This document shows positions 48,749 through 57,866 of a stretch of 64,000 nucleotides of DNA, one piece after another (position 1 is the stretch's first letter; every line of letters starts with the position of its first letter). The stretch comes from Minisyncoccota bacterium (GTDB lineage: Bacteria > Patescibacteriota > Minisyncoccia > Phycocordibacterales > JBAYLF01). The notes under the pieces are model-generated. The model worked only from the letters and a program-made list of their open reading frames with translations, had not been told where the DNA came from and ran no database searches. The translations under genes were made by a program, and so were the position numbers. Where the stretch lies: positions 67,380 to 131,379 of the forward strand of contig JBAYLF010000001.1 of assembly GCA_041664205.1 (NCBI GenBank). Reading direction: 5' to 3'.

Positions 48749-50263
48749 ATGTTTAAGTTAAATAATAAAAATGAATTCAAAATACCTATTGAAATTGCTA
48801 AAATTTCAAAAACCTTAGAGAAATCCGGGTTTGATAGTTATCTAATAGGGGGTTGCGTTAGAGATTTATTAATAGGAAAAAAACCAAAAGACTGGGATTT
48901 AACAACAAATGCTACACCTGAACAAATAATATCCTTATTTGAAGAGACTTTTTATGAAAATGACTATGGAACTGTTGGTGTTATAAATAAAGATGTTTCT
49001 GATGAAACATTAAAAGTCGTTGAAATTACTCCTTACAGATTAGAATCTGAATATTCCGACAAAAGAAGGCCTGATTCTGTAATTTTTAGTAATAAACTAG
49101 AAGATGATCTAAAAAGAAGAGATTTTACCATAAATGCTATAGCTGTAAGGATAGAACAACCAGAAAATGGTGATGATTTATATAAAGGACAGATTATTGA
49201 TCCTTATAAAGGACAGGATGACTTGAAAAATACCCTTATTAAAGCTGTGGGCGACCCAAATGAAAGATTTAAAGAAGATGCGCTTCGTATGATTAGGGCC
49301 ACAAGATTAGCAACTGAATTATCTTTTGATATAGAAAAAGAAACTAAAGAAGCAATTAAAAAGGATGTGGATTTATTGCAACATATATCAAAAGAAAGAA
49401 TAAGAGACGAATTTACTAAAACCTTAATGTCTGACCATCCAAAAGACGGCCTTATTCTTAATCACGATTTGGGTATTCTTAAATTTATGGTGGAAGAATT
49501 GGAGAAGGGGATTAATATAAAACAAAATCAGGCACACTCATTTGATGTTTGGGAACATACTCTTAAAACACTTCAGCACTCAGCGGATAAAAAACTATCG
49601 CTTGAAGTTAGATTAGCAGCGCTTTTCCATGATATTGCTAAACCACAGACTAGACGCTGGTCAGAAGAAAAAAATGATTGGACATTCTATGGTCATGATG
49701 TAGTTAGTGCAAGAGTTGCTACAAAATCACTTTCAGAATTAAAATTCCCTAAAAAAATAATAGAAAAAGTTATTAAACTCGTTCGTTGGCATATGTTTTT
49801 CTCTGATACTGAACAAATTACTCTTTCGGCAGTTAGAAGAATAGTTAGAAATGTCGGACCAGATAATATTTGGGATCTTATGAATCTCAGAATGTGCGAT
49901 AGAATAGGCACAGGAAGGCCTAAAGAAAGCCCTTATAGATTAAGAAAATACCAATCAATGATAGAAGAAGCTTTAAGGGAACCAATATCTGTTGGAATGC
50001 TTAAAATAAACGGTAGTAAGTTAATGGAAATTACAAAGCTTAATCCTAGTCCTAAAATAGGGTATATATTACACGCTCTTTTTGAAGAAGTTATTGAAAA
50101 TCCGAAATTAAACACAGAAGAATACTTATCAGAAAAAGCGATCGAAATGTCAAAAATGTCTGACAATGAATTAAAAGAATTAGGTGAAAAAGGAAAAGAA
50201 AAAAAGGAAGAGGAAGAGGAAAAAGTAATAGAAGAGATAAGAAAGAAATATTGGGTAAAATAA
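48749..50263 (+). CDS. cca: CCA-adding tRNA nucleotidyltransferase (class II) with HD domain
   Basis: GGCVRD..PKDWD, DLKRRDFTINA, RFKEDALRMIRA, SKERIRDE, FHDIAKP, FYGH. Confidence 0.92.
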   Translation: MFKLNNKNEFKIPIEIAKISKTLEKSGFDSYLIGGCVRDLLIGKKPKDWDLTTNATPEQIISLFEETFYENDYGTVGVINKDVSDETLKVVEITPYRLESEYSDKRRPDSVIFSNKLEDDLKRRDFTINAIAVRIEQPENGDDLYKGQIIDPYKGQDDLKNTLIKAVGDPNERFKEDALRMIRATRLATELSFDIEKETKEAIKKDVDLLQHISKERIRDEFTKTLMSDHPKDGLILNHDLGILKFMVEELEKGINIKQNQAHSFDVWEHTLKTLQHSADKKLSLEVRLAALFHDIAKPQTRRWSEEKNDWTFYGHDVVSARVATKSLSELKFPKKIIEKVIKLVRWHMFFSDTEQITLSAVRRIVRNVGPDNIWDLMNLRMCDRIGTGRPKESPYRLRKYQSMIEEALREPISVGMLKINGSKLMEITKLNPSPKIGYILHALFEEVIENPKLNTEEYLSEKAIEMSKMSDNELKELGEKGKEKKEEEEEKVIEEIRKKYWVK

Positions 50264-50697
50264 TCTAAAATTAAAAAAGTTCCTAGTATTAAAGTTAATA
50301 TTAGGAACTTTTTTTATAAGTAAATAAAAAACCGCCTGTGCGAAATAGATAAATATCGCTGCAAGCGGTTTTAAAAAGGAGTTTTTTGTGTTTTGATAAA
50401 AGATTTTTTGAAAAAGTATTAAACAAATGGCAGATGTGTTATGCCACATCTTTTTAAAAATCTATGGCCATTGTTCTGCTTAATCAAAGTTGCTTTTCAA
50501 TAACACAAAAACAAACTAAATTTTCAAAGAACTTATCAAACTTCTAATAGCTTTAAAAACTTCACTTCTTAAAGACACTGAGCTAACTAACCGTTTGATC
50601 CTGTAATCAGTTTAACATCAGTAAAAGACATGTAAAGGACAATATGTGGATAACTTAAATTTAACTTCTTATTTAATTAAAAAAGACTTAATTTAAG

Positions 50698-51603
50698 CTA
50701 TTTATTGTGAAATTTTTTGTAAATGTCTTTGAGATGTTTGTCTATTATGTGTGTATAAATTTGAGTGGTAGTGATATTTGCATGTCCTAAAAGCATTTGG
50801 ACGGAACGAATATCTGCACCGTTTGCAAGTAAATCTGTAGCAAAGCTATGTCTTATTATGTGAGGGGTAACTTTTTTTGTAATACCCGCTTTAATTGCAT
50901 AGTATTTTACAATTCTTTCTATATGTCGTGGGGTTAACCTATTATCTCTTGTTTCTTCATTAGAAAGTCTTGTTGGAACAAAAAGGGCATCCTCGGTATC
51001 TGCACGCTTATCCAAATACTTTTTTATAGATTCTTTTGCATTTTCCGAAAGGAAAACAACTCTTACTTTTTCACCCTTTCCTCGTATTGAAAACTCATCT
51101 TTTTTTAGATCTAGATCACGCGACAATGAGCATAATTCAGCTAAACGTAGTCCTGTTGAGAAAAAAAGTTCTAATATGGCTTTATCTCTTAAGCTTTTTA
51201 AATCGTTTCCATCTGGAGCATCAAGAAGACGTTTTAATTCATCTATCGAGATCAAATCTACTGTTCTTTCAGGGACTTTTGCTAGATCAATCCTATCTGG
51301 AGAAAGAGTTTTAAAGTTTCTTTTAATTAAATATTTAAGAAATGTGCGTAAAGAAATCAAATAATAGTTTTGGGTTCTCTTTTTAAGTGTTTCATTTGAT
51401 ACTTTTGATGATTGCCTGTTAAGCCAAAGGCGAAATTCGCGAATATTATCGTCTGTTATTTCTTCTGGTTTTGTAATTTTTATAAAACCTAAAAAACGTG
51501 TGAGATAATGATCATAGTTTTCAATAGTTTTTAAACTGCGTCCTTTCTCAATTTCTAAAGATTCAAGAAATTCTCTTTTTAATTGATTTATATCTTTTAT
51601 CAT
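50698..51603 (-). CDS. Xer-family tyrosine recombinase (start likely MIKD, 51603)
   Basis: TGLRLAEL, GKGEK, TPHIIRHSFAT, LLGH..TTQIYTH catalytic R-K-H-R-H-Y set. Confidence 0.93.
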   Translation of the reverse strand: MIKDINQLKREFLESLEIEKGRSLKTIENYDHYLTRFLGFIKITKPEEITDDNIREFRLWLNRQSSKVSNETLKKRTQNYYLISLRTFLKYLIKRNFKTLSPDRIDLAKVPERTVDLISIDELKRLLDAPDGNDLKSLRDKAILELFFSTGLRLAELCSLSRDLDLKKDEFSIRGKGEKVRVVFLSENAKESIKKYLDKRADTEDALFVPTRLSNEETRDNRLTPRHIERIVKYYAIKAGITKKVTPHIIRHSFATDLLANGADIRSVQMLLGHANITTTQIYTHIIDKHLKDIYKKFHNK

Positions 51604-51755
51604 AAATTCATAAATTAAGGTCGCACAATATAATAATACCACTAATTATATTTTTTAAATTCAAAATAATGTTAATTGTCAAAAAACGACCTATTTTCTA
51701 AGGATAAGCGATTTTGCTTGCAAAGAATATGGATTTATGCTATTGTGTTTAAACC

Positions 51756-52022
51756 ATGCTTACAAAGAATAAAAAGCAAAAAGTTATAAAAGAATTCCAA
51801 GTTCACGAGACTGACACAGGATCTTCTGAGGTTCAGGCTGCAGTTTTAACCAAAAGAATCGACGAACTTGCAAGTCATCTTAAAAAACACCCTAAAGACA
51901 ATCACTCAAGAAGGGGACTTCTTCAAATGGTTGCCGATAGACAGACATTTCTTAAGTATCTCAAGAAGAAGAACGAGAAAAGCTACAAGACAGTGATCAA
52001 AAAACTCGATCTTAAGAAATAA
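51756..52022 (+). CDS. rpsO: 30S ribosomal protein S15
   Basis: HETDTGSSEVQ, HLKKHPKDNHSRRGL. Confidence 0.98.
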   Translation: MLTKNKKQKVIKEFQVHETDTGSSEVQAAVLTKRIDELASHLKKHPKDNHSRRGLLQMVADRQTFLKYLKKKNEKSYKTVIKKLDLKK

Positions 52023-52117
52023 AACACTGATGAATCTAGTTTTAATACAAATATTCAAATAAAAAATAATCAGTTTAACTGGTTGTTTTTTATCTTAAAA
52101 AGTTAATTTAAATAATT

Positions 52118-52684
52118 ATGTCAATAATAAAACACAAACAACAAAGAGTTGCCGTCTTCATAGACGCACAAAATCTTTATCATTGCGCTAAGAATCTCTA
52201 TCATTCTAGAGTTAATTTCGGGCAGATTGTAAAAGATGCCGTAGCAGGAAGATCTCTTATTAGAGCAGTCGCCTATGTTATTACAACAGAAAGTGGTGAG
52301 GAAAAGAATTTTTTTGAAGCTCTTGAAAAAGTCGGAATTGAAACTAAGACTAAAAACCTACAGATTTTCGCTGGTGGAGCCAAAAAAGCAGACTGGGATG
52401 TAGGTTTAGCAGTCGATGCTATAAAACTCGCACCTAAATTAGATGCTGTAATCATTGTTTCTGGCGACGGAGACTTTGTTCCATTAGTAGAATATCTTCA
52501 AATGAACGAGGGATGCCAAGTAGAAGCTGTTTCTTTTGGAAAATCAACATCAGCAAAACTCAAAGAAGCCGTTGATGATTTTATAGATCTTGATAGAAAT
52601 CCAAATAAATATCTCATTAATTCATCTGTTTCACCTAAAAGAAACAGAAACAACTCTCAGATACCAAAAAATCCACAACAATAA
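52118..52684 (+). CDS. NYN (LabA/DUF88, PIN-like) domain protein
   Basis: VFIDAQNL, KADWDVGLAVD, SGDGDFVPL, S..LKEAVDDFIDL. Confidence 0.92.
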   Translation: MSIIKHKQQRVAVFIDAQNLYHCAKNLYHSRVNFGQIVKDAVAGRSLIRAVAYVITTESGEEKNFFEALEKVGIETKTKNLQIFAGGAKKADWDVGLAVDAIKLAPKLDAVIIVSGDGDFVPLVEYLQMNEGCQVEAVSFGKSTSAKLKEAVDDFIDLDRNPNKYLINSSVSPKRNRNNSQIPKNPQQ

Positions 52685-52803
52685 AAGTTAAAAATAATAA
52701 AACTTATGGTCTGTGAATAGAAATTCTATTTACAGACCATTTTTTATAAAAAGAAAACACGAGTAATATTTTGCCATTTTTAAAATTTCTGGTAGATTAT
52801 TGA

Positions 52804-52964
52804 TATCCTACTTCTAATAAAATGCTTTCCATAGAATCTAAAAATTCGTGGCGAGACGAAGAGAAAAATCAGAAGAATATCCTTAGATATTTTGAGGATT
52901 TTTCTCAAAGTCGTAGCCCGAATTTTTAGATTATGGTGGAAAATGATTTTTTAGAAGTAGGATA
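52804..52964. other. Long imperfect hairpin (MITE-like or pnp leader structure)
   Basis: CCTACTTCTA..TAGAAGTAGG outer stem, AATCTAAAAATTCG/CGAATTTTTAGATT, central AATATC/GATATT. Confidence 0.6.
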
Positions 52965-53053
52965 CATTAATAAACAGTAATTTTGGCCTTCAAATAAATA
53001 GGTTTGAAAGAAATTCTTTCAAATTTAATATTTGGGGGTCTAAACTATAATCA

Positions 53054-55165
53054 ATGCAAAAAAAAGAATACTCCGTTGAAGTTGCTGGAAAAACTTTAAC
53101 AGCCGAGTTTAATGACCTCGCCGACCAAACCAATGGATCGGTAATGCTTAAGTATGGAAATACTGTGATTTTAGCCACAGCGGTTATGGGAAAAAACCTA
53201 AAAGATGGTGATTTCTTTCCTCTAACAGTAGATTTTGAAGAAAAATTTTACGCATCTGGAAAAATTTCCGGAAGCAGATTTATGAAAAGAGAAGGCAAGC
53301 CTTCAGATGATTCTATTTTAAGAGGTAGAATTATTGATAGAACCATCCGTCCTCTTTTTGACCAACATCTTCGCTATGAAGTCCAGGTTGTCATCACAGT
53401 TCTTGCTGTTGATGAATATGATCCTGACGTTTTAGGCGTAACCGCTGCATCTTTAGCACTAGGAACATCTGACATTCCATGGAACGGACCTGTAAGTTGT
53501 GTGCGTGTTGGCAAAGTTCCAGCAAATTCCGACTTTATTTTGAATCCTTCCTATTTAACAAGGGCTAATGATCTAGAAATGGAACTAGTTGCTTGTGGTA
53601 AAGATAAAAACATAAACATGATTGAATTTGCCGGCAAAGAAGCTCACGAAACAACAACTGTTGAAATGTTAAACAAAGCCTCAGAAGAAATAGAAAAAAT
53701 TCAAGCTTTTCAACAAAAAGTCATTGCTGAAATTGGAAAAACTAAAAAAGTCATTGATTTTCCAAAGATTTCTGACGAAGCAGTAGCTTTATTCAAAAAA
53801 GAGATCGAACCAAAGCTTTTTGATGAAGTTTTCAGTGGCCCAGGTAATAAACAAATTAATGATCTTAAAGAAGAGTGGGGTAAACTATATGAAACAACAT
53901 TTCCTGAGGATAAAAAAGCCCTTGCTGACGATCTTTTTGAAGAAGAAGTAAATGGTTTAATTCACAGAGAAGCAATTGCGAACCAAAAACGACCTGATGG
54001 AAGAAAAACTGATGAAATAAGACCTCTTTTTGTTCAAGCTGGAGGAATTTCTCCAGTGCTTCATGGTTGTGGAATATTTTATAGAGGAGGAACTCACGTA
54101 TTATCAGTTCTTACTCTTGGAGGCCCTAAAGATTCTCAAGTTATTAACGGCGGAATGGATTCACAAGAAGACACGTTTAAGCGTTTCATGCATCATTACA
54201 ACTTTCCTCCATATTCAAGCGGTGAAACAGGAAGAATGGGTGGAACAAACAGAAGAATGATTGGGCATGGAGCATTAGCTGAAAAGGCCTTATTCCAAGT
54301 TATTCCTTCTAAAGAAGAATTTCCTTACACAATACGCCTTGTTTCAGAATCAATGGCATCAAATGGTTCAACATCAATGGGTTCTGTTTGTGCTTCAACA
54401 ATGGCGCTTATGGACGGCGGAGTGCCTATAAAAGCTCCTGTTGCAGGAATTGCATCCGGACTTATGATGGAAACTCACGAAAAATATCAGTTATTAACCG
54501 ATATTCAAGGTCCAGAAGATCATCATGGTGATATGGACTTTAAGGTTGCTGGAACAGAGAAGGGAATTACAGCCATTCAAATGGATGTAAAGGTAGACAG
54601 CATACCTATAAAAATCCTTGCCGAAGCATTAGAAAAGGCAAAAAAAGCCCGATTAGAAATTATTGAAAAAATAAAGAAAGAAATAAGTGAACCTCGTAAA
54701 GATATTTCTGAACGCGCACCTAAAATTCTCATAACAAAGATCAAACAAGATCAAATTGGAATGATAATTGGCCCACAAGGTAAAAATATAAAAGAAATTA
54801 AAGAAAAAACTGGAGCAGAAATCGATATAGACGATGATGGAACAATTTATATTACAGGAAAGAATGGTGCTGCAGATAAAGCTAAAGCTATTATTGAAGA
54901 AATGACTCGTGTGTATAAAGCTGGGGATAAGTTTGAAGGTGTTGTAACAAAAATTATGGAATTTGGTGCTTTTGTTAAAATTGGTAGCAACACTGAAGGG
55001 CTTGTTCACATTTCAGAAATAGCTCCATTTAGAGTAGATAGAGTTGAAAAATATCTTAAAGAGGGACAAAAAATTCCTGTTGTTATTAAAGAAATTGACG
55101 AAAGAGACAGAATTAGCTTATCGATCAAAAAAATTGATCCAAATTTTGTTAAAGAAATTAAATAA
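53054..55165 (+). CDS. pnp: Polyribonucleotide nucleotidyltransferase
   Basis: DFFPLTVD, RIIDRTIRPLF, HHYNFPPYS, SNGSTSMGSVC, EDHHGDMDFKVAGT, KH and S1 domains. Confidence 0.98.
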   Translation: MQKKEYSVEVAGKTLTAEFNDLADQTNGSVMLKYGNTVILATAVMGKNLKDGDFFPLTVDFEEKFYASGKISGSRFMKREGKPSDDSILRGRIIDRTIRPLFDQHLRYEVQVVITVLAVDEYDPDVLGVTAASLALGTSDIPWNGPVSCVRVGKVPANSDFILNPSYLTRANDLEMELVACGKDKNINMIEFAGKEAHETTTVEMLNKASEEIEKIQAFQQKVIAEIGKTKKVIDFPKISDEAVALFKKEIEPKLFDEVFSGPGNKQINDLKEEWGKLYETTFPEDKKALADDLFEEEVNGLIHREAIANQKRPDGRKTDEIRPLFVQAGGISPVLHGCGIFYRGGTHVLSVLTLGGPKDSQVINGGMDSQEDTFKRFMHHYNFPPYSSGETGRMGGTNRRMIGHGALAEKALFQVIPSKEEFPYTIRLVSESMASNGSTSMGSVCASTMALMDGGVPIKAPVAGIASGLMMETHEKYQLLTDIQGPEDHHGDMDFKVAGTEKGITAIQMDVKVDSIPIKILAEALEKAKKARLEIIEKIKKEISEPRKDISERAPKILITKIKQDQIGMIIGPQGKNIKEIKEKTGAEIDIDDDGTIYITGKNGAADKAKAIIEEMTRVYKAGDKFEGVVTKIMEFGAFVKIGSNTEGLVHISEIAPFRVDRVEKYLKEGQKIPVVIKEIDERDRISLSIKKIDPNFVKEIK

Positions 55166-55277
55166 GTTTAAATTCTTATTTCGGAAGTAAAAAATCATCG
55201 AAAATTTTCGATGATTTTTTACTTAGTTGTGTATTGTTTTATTGTTATTGATTAGTTTTTGAACTAAAATATATATA

Positions 55278-56879
55278 ATGGATAATAATGAAAAATTAAA
55301 TTCTAGTTTATCTCAGAATAATCCACCTACTCCTACTGATAAAAAAAACCTATCTGATGATGTGGGTCTTTTAATAATGCCAAAAAATATTTCCGATATA
55401 AATAAAACTCCAAAAGAAAGTCCTACGGTAATTTCACCTATAATCACAACTCCTATTAAGCCTATACTTGAAGATGATAGAGGTCTTACAATAATGCCTA
55501 AAAACGCTTCTGAAATAAATAATCCTCCAAAAGAATCGTTGAAAAAAGTTTTATCTACACCAAACATTCCTATATCAATATCACCAACACCTTTAGGTCC
55601 AGCAATACCAATTAACAACGAAACAGAACCTAATTTAAAAGGTGAGGCAGTAAAAGAAAAACAACAAGAAATAAGATCTGCGCTACTCGGATGGGTAAAA
55701 GGAGCTAAACCAACATTACCAGGAGCTCCTAAAAACACAGCCATAGCAAGTTCATTAGATACTAAAGTAAATCCAAATTTAAAAGTTATACCCCAAACAC
55801 CAAAACCAAAAGAGGAGAGTGTTTTTCAAGAAAAAACTCAGCTCGGAGAATTAGTATCAAAATCAACAGAAACACAAAAAGAAGGAGTAAAATCAGCAAC
55901 AAATGAAATTTCACTACCTAATAAAAACCCTTCGATTATAACTAATTTTAAATTTGAAAAAGCAGCACAAGCTTATGAAGAAAAAGTAGAAAATATGCTT
56001 GTAAGACCTCTTAGAACTTACAAGGAGGATTTGGCTAAAACAATTAAGGAACAGAATGTTTCAGTTGTTAAAATCGCAGCAGCAGAAAGTAAAAAACAAC
56101 AATATCAAGAAAAAGTTGAGGAAGAAAAATCCCCATCAAATCCAAAAAATATTATAATAATTATTTTTTCTATTATATTAATAGGTGGAGGATTAATAGA
56201 TTTGTATTACATATATAATAATTTTTATAAAGCCACAGAAATAAATCAGCAGGTTATTAAAAAAACAATTTCTACTGATTTTATTAAAAATATCGATATT
56301 ACAGGACTTCATGATCGAGAATTTCAAGATAAAATCTTAGCAGAAATAAATAAAAACAATTCAGCATTAGGCTCTATTACTAGTTATCAACTTATAGAAA
56401 AAATTGCTGGACAAGAAACTCTTTTATCATCTCAAAATTTCTTTGCTGAAGTGGCTCCAAGAATGCCCAGTGAATTAAGTAGGGCACTTAACAGTAATTT
56501 TGTTTTTGGTATTCACACCTTTGATGGAAATAGACCATTTATTATTCTTAATCTTAATTCATACGAAAATGTTTATTCTGGGATGCTTTCTTGGGAAAAA
56601 AATATGACAAACGATATTGAAAGAATCTTTAATTTAAAAAATGTTGATCAAAACATCGGTGGATTTGCTTCATCAACAACAGATGAGATGGCGGCATCAC
56701 AAAATCATTTTACTGACATATTGGTTCAAAATAAGGATGTTCGTCTTTTAAAGAATAAAAATAATGAAGAAGTTATCCTTTATTCTTTTTTTGATAATAA
56801 TCATTTAGTAATAACAACAAACGAAATTACTATGATAAAGATCTTTGAAAGGCTACGGGTTGCACAGCTTGAACGTTAA
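55278..56879 (+). CDS. Single-TM hypothetical protein with Pro-rich cytoplasmic N-region
   Basis: Repeated DDxGLxIMPKN motif, LRTYKEDLA, TM helix, GMLSWE..NKDVR..LYSF C-domain. Confidence 0.75.
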   Translation: MDNNEKLNSSLSQNNPPTPTDKKNLSDDVGLLIMPKNISDINKTPKESPTVISPIITTPIKPILEDDRGLTIMPKNASEINNPPKESLKKVLSTPNIPISISPTPLGPAIPINNETEPNLKGEAVKEKQQEIRSALLGWVKGAKPTLPGAPKNTAIASSLDTKVNPNLKVIPQTPKPKEESVFQEKTQLGELVSKSTETQKEGVKSATNEISLPNKNPSIITNFKFEKAAQAYEEKVENMLVRPLRTYKEDLAKTIKEQNVSVVKIAAAESKKQQYQEKVEEEKSPSNPKNIIIIIFSIILIGGGLIDLYYIYNNFYKATEINQQVIKKTISTDFIKNIDITGLHDREFQDKILAEINKNNSALGSITSYQLIEKIAGQETLLSSQNFFAEVAPRMPSELSRALNSNFVFGIHTFDGNRPFIILNLNSYENVYSGMLSWEKNMTNDIERIFNLKNVDQNIGGFASSTTDEMAASQNHFTDILVQNKDVRLLKNKNNEEVILYSFFDNNHLVITTNEITMIKIFERLRVAQLER

Positions 56880-56940
56880 AAATATATAATGAAAAACTGC
56901 GTGCAAAATTATTCAATTTTGCACGCAGTTTGTTTTATAT

Positions 56941-57150
56941 CTAAACAACCCTTAAAAAATCAGCGTAAGTTGATTTTCTTGATTCATTAAAAATGAAATT
57001 ACTTTTTTTCCTTTGAGGTCTAACAATAAAACCATCTTCTTCGGGTATTGCCGAACCATCGCTACACATCAAATCTAAAATATCTTTTTCACTAGAACTT
57101 TCTGGTATTAGAAGTAATTTTCTAGTTGAATTCAAAATTTTACATCTCAT
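56941..57150 (-). CDS. Small ORFan downstream of rnpA
   Basis: 69 aa ORF; TTGACT promoter-like box upstream; shared terminator 56894-56932. Confidence 0.45.
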   Translation of the reverse strand: MRCKILNSTRKLLLIPESSSEKDILDLMCSDGSAIPEEDGFIVRPQRKKSNFIFNESRKSTYADFLRVV

Positions 57151-57199
57151 ATATCTGAATAAGATAATGACAGTAAAATATAATTAAGTCAATAATTTC

Positions 57200-57538
57200 T
57201 TATATAATTTCTGCTTTTTTTAGTAAAAAAGCTATTTCTTCCTTAAGATTTTCAAAATCTAGCCCATTTGCTTCTTTTTTAACAAAAAATACCCCTAAAA
57301 AACCTGGTTTTAATAAAGGTTTTAAAAAAACTAACACCGCATTCGCTCTTCTTTTTATTAAATTCCTTTCTGTAGCCTTTTTTGAGACTTTCAAAGAAAC
57401 TGTTGTGGAAAACCTGCTTTTTTTAAGATTTTCATCCTTTATATACCTAAAGGATAGAGAAGGAGAGTGTATAGATCTTCCTTTTGTTAATACAACCTTA
57501 AACAAAGATTGATTTATCCTTTGTTTTTTAGGTAACAT
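57200..57538 (-). CDS. rnpA: Ribonuclease P protein component
   Basis: MLPKKQRI, RFSTTVSLKVSKKATERNLIKRR. Confidence 0.93.
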   Translation of the reverse strand: MLPKKQRINQSLFKVVLTKGRSIHSPSLSFRYIKDENLKKSRFSTTVSLKVSKKATERNLIKRRANAVLVFLKPLLKPGFLGVFFVKKEANGLDFENLKEEIAFLLKKAEII

Positions 57539-57583
57539 ATTGGTTAATTTAAGATAAATAGGTAAATAACACTATAAAAGCTG

Positions 57584-57724
57584 TTATTTTGAAACACTTA
57601 GACTCTTCCTTCCTTTTCTTCTTCTTCTAAGTAAAACCTGTTTTCCTGTAGCACTTTTTGTTCTAACTAAAAAGCCGTGTGTTGTTGCTCTTTTTCTTTT
57701 TTTAGGGTTGTATGTGAAAGACAT
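57584..57724 (-). CDS. rpmH: 50S ribosomal protein L34 (not in ORF track)
   Basis: Hand translation: [46 protein letters not shown]. Confidence 0.95.
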   Translation of the reverse strand: MSFTYNPKKRKRATTHGFLVRTKSATGKQVLLRRRRKGRKSLSVSK

Positions 57725-57866
57725 TGTTATTTTGTTATGTAATTATGTAAATATACACTCTTATTTAGACTTATCAACACATTATAAACATATTTTATTT
57801 TTTTAACAAGTTCTGCATTTCTTTAGTGGGTATATAATACAAGTATATTTTTTCCTAAGAAATAAC

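Noticed and set aside
50180-50449. 89-aa minus-strand ORF
   Set aside because: It overlaps the cca 3' end, runs through a terminator and is Phe-rich low-complexity antisense sequence.
2690-57200. Integron cassette array for the ORFans
   Set aside because: The ORFans are dispersed, have their own promoters and lack recognisable attC ends (RYYYAAC..GTTRRRY).
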